64,000 bases of DNA from Candidatus Saccharibacteria bacterium UBA2951 (GTDB taxonomy: Bacteria > Patescibacteriota > Saccharimonadia > Saccharimonadales > Saccharimonadaceae). The translations under genes and the position numbers were made by a program. The stretch is taken from contig DEBR01000003.1 of assembly GCA_002348615.1 (NCBI GenBank), positions 12,268-76,267 of the forward strand, written 5' to 3'. Shown here in pieces: positions 56,423-64,000 of the stretch. Positions within the stretch are counted from its first letter, which is position 1, and each line of letters begins with the position of its first letter. Under the pieces are notes generated by a model. The model did not search any database. It saw only the letters and a program-made list of their open reading frames with translations, and had not been told where the DNA came from.

Positions 56423-59050
56423 ATGCCAAAGATTACGAGGCAATCTGTTTTAACGAAAGTGTTTGGGGACCCGCAAAAGCGGATACTTCGCGGCTACGAA
56501 AAGAAGGTCGCCGCGGTCAACGCACTGGCAGACAAATACAAAGACATGAAGAAGTCGGACCTGCCAAAGCAGACCGAACTGTTAAAAAAACGCCTGACAA
56601 AGAAAGGTACGACGCTCGACGACATCCTGCCGGACGCGTTCGCGCTGGTACGCGAGGCGTCAACACGCGTGCTTGGCATGCGTCATTTTGACGTACAGCT
56701 GATCGGTGGCATGGCCTTGCATCAGGGCAATGTGGCCGAAATGAAAACCGGTGAAGGAAAGACACTGGTCGCTACGCTTCCGACTTACCTGAACGCGCTT
56801 GAAGGTAAGGGCGTGCACGTCGTGACAGTGAACGACTACCTGGCACAACGCGACGCGTCGTGGATGGGCGAGTTGTATCACTTTTTGGGACTTTCGACCG
56901 GTGTTATCATCAACGATGCCAGCTTTATCTACGATCCAGACTACGACAATGAGGCTCACGACGACGAGCGCATGCGAAGGCTCCGTCCGGTTACCCGCAA
57001 GGAAGCCTATGCGGCCGATGTTACCTACGGAACGAACAACGAATTCGGATTCGACTACTTACGCGACAACATGGTCGATGACGTTGAACTACTTCGCCAA
57101 CGCGAGCTGAACTTCGCCATCGTCGACGAGGTCGACAGTATTCTGATTGACGAAGCCAGGACGCCGCTTATCATCAGTGCGCCGGCCGCCGAAAACCCCG
57201 ACAGCTATTACCAGTTCGCCAAAGTAGCCGCCAAGTTAACGGAAAAAGATTACATCCTGGACGAGAAGCGCCGTAGCGTCGCGCTGTCTGATGAAGGCGT
57301 GGAGCGCGTGCAGAAAATGCTCGGCATAAAAAACTTATTCACACCGGAATACGTACGTACCGTCTACCATATGGATCAAGCTCTTAAGGCTCAGACGCTA
57401 TTTAAGCGTGACAAAGATTACGTAGTTACGAACGACGGCGAGGTAATTATCGTTGACGAACACACCGGTCGTCTCATGCAGGGTCGTCGTTACAACGAAG
57501 GCCTGCATCAAGCAATTGAAGCCAAAGAAAACGTTCCCGTGTTGTCGGAAAGTATGACGCTCGCGACGATTTCGTTCCAGAACTACTTTAGGTTGTACAA
57601 CAAACTTTCAGGTATGACTGGTACGGCATTCACCGAAGCCGAGGAGTTCCAGCAGATTTACAGCCTTGATGTCGTTCAAATACCACCGAACAAACCTGTT
57701 ATCCGCGACGACAAGGAAGACCTGATTTTCAAGACAGAAAAAGGCAAATTAAAGGCCGTTGCCGATGTTATTAAAGAACATCACAAAGCCGGTCGTCCGG
57801 TGCTGGTCGGGTCGGCGAGCATCGCTAAGAACGAGATGATCGCGGAATATCTGAAAAAAGAAAAGATTCCGTTTGAAATCTTGAACGCGAAGAACAACGA
57901 ACGTGAAGCAGCCATCATTGCCAAGGCAGGAGAAAAGGGCGCGATCACACTCGCGACGAACATCGCCGGTCGTGGTACCGACATTAAGCTTGGCGAAGGA
58001 GTGGTTGAACTCGGTGGATTGGTCGTGATCGGCAGTGAACGTCACGAGTCACGCCGTATCGACAATCAGCTGCGAGGACGTGGCGGACGTCAGGGTGACC
58101 CGGGCGAGACACAGTTCTTCGTTAGTACCGAGGACGATCTTATGCGGATTTTCCAAGGCGAGCGGATCGCCAGCCTGATGGATCGTCTTGGTGTCGACGA
58201 AGACACGCCGATTCAGAACAAGGCGGTATCGAAAACGCTTGAAAACGCCCAGAAACGCGTTGAAGGCTACCATTTTGATACCCGTAAGAACGTTGTGCAG
58301 TATGACAACGTGATCAACCGCCATCGCCGTGTCGTTTACACCATGCGCCGCAAAATTTTGGAAGGTGACAATATCCAACCAGAGATCAAGCGTCTGATTA
58401 CCGAGATGGTCCGTGAGCTCACCGTTCTGCCAGCCAAGAACAACCCTAAGTTTTACGACGAGTTCACGGCTATCTTCCCGGTTGACGAGAAAGACCTGAA
58501 GCTGGTAGCGGAAGAAAAACGCGACAAAGCTCGCTACGAAGCCGGCCTTAAACTTGCTGAAAAACTGTACAAGCAAAAGGAGACCGAGGTCGAGGCCGAA
58601 ATGCTTCGCAAGGTTGAACGGGACGTCTATATACAGGTACTCGACACGCTTTGGATGCAGCACCTTGAAAACATGCAGCATCTACGTGACGGCATTCACT
58701 GGCGTTCAGTCGGGCAGCGGGACCCGCTGGTCGAATACCGGTCGGAATCGCAAAAATTGTTTGACGGCTTACAGGCGACGCTTCGCGAAGAAGTGCTACG
58801 GGCGATCATGCACGTACACAAGCATGACGCCATAACCGCCGATCATGAAGACCATGACACCGAGCTGACAAGGCTTGCCGAACGCGCGGTCGAACGTGGC
58901 GTGAACGAAATCGACACGGGTGAAACAAACCGTGACGACGACTTTAAGGTCACCAAAGTTAAGTCGGCCAACGAATCTGCTCGCGCTAAGAACGCGGCTC
59001 GCAAGAAAAAGAAAACCCAACGACAGAACAAAAAGAAAGGCCGACGTTAA
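56423..59050 (+). CDS. secA: Preprotein translocase ATPase SecA
   Basis: MKTGEGKT, DEVDSILIDEARTPLIIS and GRQGDPG; basic tail instead of SEC-C. Confidence 0.98.
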   Translation: MPKITRQSVLTKVFGDPQKRILRGYEKKVAAVNALADKYKDMKKSDLPKQTELLKKRLTKKGTTLDDILPDAFALVREASTRVLGMRHFDVQLIGGMALHQGNVAEMKTGEGKTLVATLPTYLNALEGKGVHVVTVNDYLAQRDASWMGELYHFLGLSTGVIINDASFIYDPDYDNEAHDDERMRRLRPVTRKEAYAADVTYGTNNEFGFDYLRDNMVDDVELLRQRELNFAIVDEVDSILIDEARTPLIISAPAAENPDSYYQFAKVAAKLTEKDYILDEKRRSVALSDEGVERVQKMLGIKNLFTPEYVRTVYHMDQALKAQTLFKRDKDYVVTNDGEVIIVDEHTGRLMQGRRYNEGLHQAIEAKENVPVLSESMTLATISFQNYFRLYNKLSGMTGTAFTEAEEFQQIYSLDVVQIPPNKPVIRDDKEDLIFKTEKGKLKAVADVIKEHHKAGRPVLVGSASIAKNEMIAEYLKKEKIPFEILNAKNNEREAAIIAKAGEKGAITLATNIAGRGTDIKLGEGVVELGGLVVIGSERHESRRIDNQLRGRGGRQGDPGETQFFVSTEDDLMRIFQGERIASLMDRLGVDEDTPIQNKAVSKTLENAQKRVEGYHFDTRKNVVQYDNVINRHRRVVYTMRRKILEGDNIQPEIKRLITEMVRELTVLPAKNNPKFYDEFTAIFPVDEKDLKLVAEEKRDKARYEAGLKLAEKLYKQKETEVEAEMLRKVERDVYIQVLDTLWMQHLENMQHLRDGIHWRSVGQRDPLVEYRSESQKLFDGLQATLREEVLRAIMHVHKHDAITADHEDHDTELTRLAERAVERGVNEIDTGETNRDDDFKVTKVKSANESARAKNAARKKKKTQRQNKKKGRR

Positions 59051-59111
59051 CCGCTCTCCCGACTGAGCTAACTACCATAGAACGGGTGGGCAGGAAGACG
59101 AAATCATCGCA

Positions 59112-60404
59112 GTGAAGCATACGACACAAGAAGTACGACTAAAAAACGGCGCGCGCGGCCTGCTGGTTGATATTCCTGGCGCGACCGTCATGAGTTTCCA
59201 GTTCCAGTTCCGCGCCGGTAACCGCTACGTTAAACACAAGGACATTTACGAGACGGCGCACATCATGGAACACATGGCGTTCGGTGCCAACGCGCAGTTT
59301 AAGAGTGAGCATGAATACGAGGCCGAGTTTACCAAGAACGGCGCGTATCATAATGCCTTCACGAGCGACCTTTCAATGGTGTATATCGCTGATTGCGCCG
59401 ATTTTGAATGGGACCGGATACTGAAACTACAGCAGGTGGCGATTTGCCAGCCGCGCTTCAACAACGCCGAGCTTGAAGCCGAAAAGGGCAATGTCCGCTC
59501 TGAACTGACCGGCTATCTGAACAATCACAGCAGGGTGCTCTGGCCTAAGATTCAGCAACTCTTAGGCGAGGACATCCTGACGTTCTGGCAGCGGTTACAG
59601 ACTATCAACAACGTAACCCTAAAAGATATTAAAGAGCACTACGCGCGGACGCACACGGCCGATAACATGCGGTTCGTCATTGCCGGCAAACTATATGGTA
59701 GAAAAAAAGAAATCATTCGCATGCTTGAAGAATGGGAGCTCAGCCCTGGCGAACGCTTTGAGGTCCCTCGGGATGAACTGTCGAGCGGTAACCCGACCAT
59801 CATCCGCCGCAAGGAAGCCAGTAATATCACGTTCGGACTGTCTATGATGGTGCCACGCGAACTTGACGACGACGAACTTGAAGCTATGAACTGCCTTGAC
59901 CATATATTGACCGGTACCATGCACTCACGTATTTACGGTGCGGCGCGCGCCAAGGGTCTGGCTTATGGAGTATTTTCAGACACGACAGCTGGGTTCTACG
60001 ATTCAAGTTGGGACTTTGGTGGGCAAGTAAACCACGAAACAGCTGACCAGCTATTCGACATCTTCGTTCGCGAAATTAACGCGGTCTGCGAAGGCAACGT
60101 CACCGAAAAGGAACTTGAAGCAGCAAAATCATACGCACTTGGCCGTTACCAAATGGGTGCACAGACCGTATCGCAGATCTCGGGCTTTTACACCAACCGT
60201 TACTTCGCAGACGGAGTCGTCAAGGAATACGAAAAGGTTCCTGATGCTATCCGTGCCGTCACGTGCGACCAGATGGTCCAAACCGCTAAGTCATTCATGG
60301 ATGCCAACACCTGGGTGCTCGCAGCGGTCAGTAGCGAAGAAAAGGATGAAATCGTCGCCCTTAGTGATAAGATGGAAACGTTATTTAAGGTAAAGGAACA
60401 GTAA
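59112..60404 (+). CDS. M16 family (pitrilysin-like) zinc peptidase
   Basis: HIMEH inverted zinc motif, NAFT and GLAY motifs. Confidence 0.92.
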   Translation: MKHTTQEVRLKNGARGLLVDIPGATVMSFQFQFRAGNRYVKHKDIYETAHIMEHMAFGANAQFKSEHEYEAEFTKNGAYHNAFTSDLSMVYIADCADFEWDRILKLQQVAICQPRFNNAELEAEKGNVRSELTGYLNNHSRVLWPKIQQLLGEDILTFWQRLQTINNVTLKDIKEHYARTHTADNMRFVIAGKLYGRKKEIIRMLEEWELSPGERFEVPRDELSSGNPTIIRRKEASNITFGLSMMVPRELDDDELEAMNCLDHILTGTMHSRIYGAARAKGLAYGVFSDTTAGFYDSSWDFGGQVNHETADQLFDIFVREINAVCEGNVTEKELEAAKSYALGRYQMGAQTVSQISGFYTNRYFADGVVKEYEKVPDAIRAVTCDQMVQTAKSFMDANTWVLAAVSSEEKDEIVALSDKMETLFKVKEQ

Positions 60405-60408
60405 CGTA

Positions 60409-61653
60409 ATGAACATAGCACTGGCCGGTTTCGGGCAAGAGGGCAGAGCGAGTTACGAGTACTGGAATACGCCCGAGAATACGTTGACCATCGCCGACGA
60501 GCGCGAAACAATTGACGGCCTGCCTGACGGAATACGCACCGTGGTAGGTGCTGACGCGTTCGCGAAACTCGGTGAGTTCGATCTTATTATCCGTTCTCCG
60601 GGTATCAATCCGAAAAAGCTGCCATATGGCGAAAAAGTCTGGAGTCCGACCAACGAGTTCTTCGTCAAATGTCCGGCGCCTATCATTGGCGTGACTGGCA
60701 CAAAAGGCAAGGGAACGACAAGCAGCCTGATCGCTAGTATCTTAACGGCTGCCGGAAAAACCGTCCATCTGGTCGGTAATATCGGTACGCCGGCGCTTAC
60801 GGAACTGCCAAAAATAAAACCGGACGATATCGTCGTGTTTGAGCTCTCGAGTTTTCAACTTTGGGACATAAAAAAGAGCCCGCAAGTTGCTGTCGTGCTC
60901 GGTATTGAACCGGATCATTTGAACGTCCACGATGCTATGGAAGATTATGTGGCAGCGAAAGCGAACATCGTCCGGTTCCAAACGGCGGATGACTTGATGG
61001 TATTTAACCGTAACAATCAGATCGCAGTTCAAATCGCCTCTCTGTCGCCAGGTCGAAAAGCGGAGTATCCATTCGAACTAGGTGATATCGTTTCGACCAT
61101 CCAACTGCCTGGCCCGCACAACGTTGAAAACGCTAGCGCGGCGGTCGCGGCCGTGCAGGATTACGTAACGGACCCCGAGGTATTGAAGCAGGGCATCAGT
61201 TCGTTCACCGGTTTGCCGCACCGAATTAAGTTCGTGCGAGAAGTCGGCGGGGTACGCTTTTACGACGACAGCTATTCGTCGGCACCGGCAGCAAGCATTG
61301 CCGCCCTGAAATCATTTAACGACCCGAAAATCATTATTCTTGGCGGGTATGAAAAGCACGCTGATTTTTCTGATCTCGCAAGTTATGTCGCAAACGACGC
61401 GACCGTTAAAAAAGCCGTACTTATAGGTCAGACCAAGAACCGCATCGCGGAAGAATTCTCACGGCAGGGTATCGCCGATGACAGGTATGTAGTTATCGAC
61501 GACACAGATTTTTCAGCCATCATCCGCCAGGCATATGAAGCGGCTGAGTCAGGCGACGTACTACTGCTTAGTCCTGGCTGCGCCAGTTTTGATATGTTCA
61601 ACAATTTTACCGAACGTGGCGACCGTTTCGTCGACATCGTGAACGACCTATGA
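60409..61653 (+). CDS. murD: UDP-MurNAc-L-Ala--glutamate ligase (probably MurD2, L-Glu type)
   Basis: GTKGKGTT, GNIG, ELSSFQL, DHL, PHR and SPGCASFD motifs. Confidence 0.93.
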   Translation: MNIALAGFGQEGRASYEYWNTPENTLTIADERETIDGLPDGIRTVVGADAFAKLGEFDLIIRSPGINPKKLPYGEKVWSPTNEFFVKCPAPIIGVTGTKGKGTTSSLIASILTAAGKTVHLVGNIGTPALTELPKIKPDDIVVFELSSFQLWDIKKSPQVAVVLGIEPDHLNVHDAMEDYVAAKANIVRFQTADDLMVFNRNNQIAVQIASLSPGRKAEYPFELGDIVSTIQLPGPHNVENASAAVAAVQDYVTDPEVLKQGISSFTGLPHRIKFVREVGGVRFYDDSYSSAPAASIAALKSFNDPKIIILGGYEKHADFSDLASYVANDATVKKAVLIGQTKNRIAEEFSRQGIADDRYVVIDDTDFSAIIRQAYEAAESGDVLLLSPGCASFDMFNNFTERGDRFVDIVNDL

Positions 61654-62933
61654 GCTACCAGTCGCCATACGCAGAATTCGTTTTTAAGCGCTACGACTAC
61701 GATAAAACAAGCGGGGTACTGACGTTTGAATACGGATTCGATGATGCGGTGCAGTTTCAAGAACGTGTACATTTTGAGACGAATGAGTCATATGACGACG
61801 CGCTTTTTGATCGAGCCGTGTTCATGGCGTTCGTACTCGCCGGCATTTCGTATTACAAATGCTACCCCACAAAAAACGTTCGGTTCGATAAACATGAAAT
61901 TACTCGCGACCAAGCCGACTTCTTTACGAACGTCTACCGAAACGGTCTTAGTCAGTTCGTGTATGAAAATGGGCTATCACCGGAAGACATCGTTACATTC
62001 AAAGCGACCACAAGTGAACTCGTCGGTCCTTTGCCGTACGGCGGCAACGGAATCATCGCCTTACAAAGCGGCGGTAAGGACTCGCTACTACTCGCTCGTC
62101 TGCTTGAAGAAAAGGGTATTGATTTTAGTCCATGGTACGTATCGCAGGTCGCGAATCATCCTACGATACTCGATAGCCTACCCGGCACACTTATTACGCC
62201 TAGGCGCGAAATTGACCGAAGCGCCCTGACGACCGAACAGGAAAAAGGAGCGTTAAACGGCCACGTGCCGGTCACATTCATCACGCTTTCGTACGCGCTT
62301 ACTGATGCGGTGCTATGCGGTAAAAACACGATACTCGCGGCGATCGGCCGAGAGGGCGAAGAACCGCACGCTTACATCGGTGACTACCCTGTCATGCACC
62401 AATGGTCAAAGACCTGGCAAGCCGAGCAACTTTACGCTAACTATCTTCGCCGTTTCGTATCGCCTGACATTCGTGTCGGGTCACCAATCCGAGGGTTTAG
62501 CGAGTTAAAAATCGCGGAACTCTTCGTGCTGCACGCCTGGGACAAGTATGGTCATAGCTTCTCTTCCTGCAACGTCGCGAATTACAAGCAGGGACATGAT
62601 AACGCGCGTCTTGCGTGGTGTGGCAATTGTCCAAAGTGCGCTAATTCTTTCCTACTGTTCGCACCGTTCGTTGAGAAAAGCGAACTGGTCGAGGTATTCG
62701 GTAAGGACCTATTCGCTGATGTAGCGCTGACCGATACGTTCAAAGGACTGCTTGGTGTGGACGGTATCATGAAGCCCTTTGAGTGCGTTGGCGAAACCGA
62801 CGAGCTTCGGTTAGCCTACCATATGGCAGTGCAGAACGACCATACGCCACTCGGGTTTGATGTTCCCACGTCCAACTACGACAAGGACCGGCTAAGCGAC
62901 GCCCAACCGTGGGCAACCCAGATGATACAATAA
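61650..62933 (+). CDS. murL: UDP-MurNAc-L-Ala-L-Glu epimerase (MurL-like)
   Basis: SGGKDS PP-loop, NGHVP, HQWSK, SCN, WCGNCPKC and KPFECVG; coupled to murD. Confidence 0.82.
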   Translation: MSYQSPYAEFVFKRYDYDKTSGVLTFEYGFDDAVQFQERVHFETNESYDDALFDRAVFMAFVLAGISYYKCYPTKNVRFDKHEITRDQADFFTNVYRNGLSQFVYENGLSPEDIVTFKATTSELVGPLPYGGNGIIALQSGGKDSLLLARLLEEKGIDFSPWYVSQVANHPTILDSLPGTLITPRREIDRSALTTEQEKGALNGHVPVTFITLSYALTDAVLCGKNTILAAIGREGEEPHAYIGDYPVMHQWSKTWQAEQLYANYLRRFVSPDIRVGSPIRGFSELKIAELFVLHAWDKYGHSFSSCNVANYKQGHDNARLAWCGNCPKCANSFLLFAPFVEKSELVEVFGKDLFADVALTDTFKGLLGVDGIMKPFECVGETDELRLAYHMAVQNDHTPLGFDVPTSNYDKDRLSDAQPWATQMIQ

Positions 62934-62938
62934 GGGTA

Positions 62939-64000
62939 ATGCAACCCCTTGAAAAACGTGCCCAGGCGCTAAAAGAAGCAATCGACCAGGCGATGGCGCG
63001 CTTAGACGTGGCTGGAAAAGCCGAGCGGCTGCAAGCAGTCGACGCACAACTAGCCATTCCCGAAGTCTGGAACAACCCGGCGCATGCGCAGGAACTAAGC
63101 AAGCACTCAGCCGGGCTCCGGGCAGTCGTTGAACCATGGCAAACGCTTCAGGCACAGGTGGCCGATATCGTCGAACTTATGCAGATGGGCGACGAATCAA
63201 TGCAGGCCGAATTCGACTCGCAGCTCACCGCGCTCGAAGCCGAACTCGCGTCGCGCAAAAAAGACTTACTCTACGGTGGCCCTTACGACGACCACGACGC
63301 GATCCTGCGTATTACCGCGGGTGTCGGCGGTACCGACGCGCAGGACTGGGCCGAAATGCTGGAACGTATGTACCTACGATGGGCCGAAAAAGCCGGCATG
63401 AATGTCACGACGGCCGAGCGCTCCACCGGCGAAGAAGCTGGTATTAAGACCAGCGTGCTTGAAGTCAGCGGACCATTCGCCTACGGTAAGCTTAAAAGCG
63501 AACATGGCGTTCACCGCCTCGTGCGCCTCAGTCCGTTCAATTCAGACAATCTGCGTCAGACCAGCTTCGCGTTAGTCGAAGTGCTACCAAATATCGACGC
63601 GCCGGACGACGTACAGATTGATGAAAAAGACCTAAAAATCGATGTCTACCGAGCCGGCGGCCACGGTGGTCAGTCGGTTAATACTACCGACTCTGCTGTC
63701 CGAATCACGCACTTGCCGACAAACACGGTCGTCGCGATTCAGAACGAACGTTCGCAGCTACAGAACAAAGAAACCGCCATGCGTATTCTTCGCTCGAAAC
63801 TCGCCCAGCTTCAAATGGAACAGCACGCCGAATCCCTCAGCGACTTGAAGGCAGGGGAGTCGGCTAACTGGGGCTCGCAAATCCGTAACTACGTACTGCA
63901 CCCGTATACGCTCGTCAAAGACACGCGTACCAAATATGAAGACAAGGACGCTGGGAAGGTGCTCGATGGCAAACTTGATGGCTTCATGACCAGCTATCTT
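62939..64000 (+). CDS. prfB: Peptide chain release factor 2 (3' end outside window)
   Basis: Hand translation from ATG 62939: GVGGTDAQDW, SPF and GGQ motifs; absent from the ORF track because it has no stop in the window. Confidence 0.95.
   Translation, partial: MQPLEKRAQALKEAIDQAMARLDVAGKAERLQAVDAQLAIPEVWNNPAHAQELSKHSAGLRAVVEPWQTLQAQVADIVELMQMGDESMQAEFDSQLTALEAELASRKKDLLYGGPYDDHDAILRITAGVGGTDAQDWAEMLERMYLRWAEKAGMNVTTAERSTGEEAGIKTSVLEVSGPFAYGKLKSEHGVHRLVRLSPFNSDNLRQTSFALVEVLPNIDAPDDVQIDEKDLKIDVYRAGGHGGQSVNTTDSAVRITHLPTNTVVAIQNERSQLQNKETAMRILRSKLAQLQMEQHAESLSDLKAGESANWGSQIRNYVLHPYTLVKDTRTKYEDKDAGKVLDGKLDGFMTSYL

Noticed and set aside
2742..62933. Numerous 60-210 aa antisense or alternate-frame ORFs inside housekeeping genes
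   Set aside because: Expected shadow ORFs from codon bias; no motifs or independent expression signals.
1..64000. CRISPR arrays, rRNA, tRNA, IS elements, integrases, prophage and DGR repeats
   Set aside because: No spaced direct repeats, cloverleafs, transposase, integrase, reverse transcriptase or phage structural motifs were recognised by eye; short elements could have been missed.

Overview
Gene-dense chromosomal segment, mostly + strand, roughly 50% GC by eye, standard code 11 (TGA stops, RF2 present). The gene set points to a Patescibacteria/CPR genome, most likely Saccharibacteria (TM7), which are epibionts of Actinobacteria. Supporting features are a DUF5663-like protein, a T4SS-type pilin domain, the murD-murL pair, short EF-Ts and ProRS, and an rpsB-tsf...frr-uppS-rseP-proS cluster lacking pyrH, cdsA and dxr; the assignment is inference, not a database result. 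Most of the window is housekeeping: translation, division, partition, repair, secretion and envelope genes. Many genes have a TAnnnT box only about 5-10 nt before the ATG (leaderless or near-leaderless), and orphan genes sit singly between conserved ones. The most unusual signal is a pair of cassettes (1-295 on -, 20405-20912 on +). Each has a sigma70-type promoter and a structured 5' leader sharing the motif order TTCG(A)GGTC...GAAC...TGAGGTAC-hairpin-GTAYC...AGCG. Each then has a purine-rich RBS and an ORF with Actinobacteria-like, G/C-ending codons. Other notable items are an ileS T-box with an ultrashort Stem I that first drives an orphan ORF, a T4SS-pilin/phosphatase fusion, a 120-nt rod-like hairpin, a cysteine-less NrdR, a low-GC HEPN-like gene and an unannotated 27-aa membrane peptide. 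No rRNA, tRNA, CRISPR array, transposase or integrase was recognised. All calls are by eye from sequence motifs; no searches were run.
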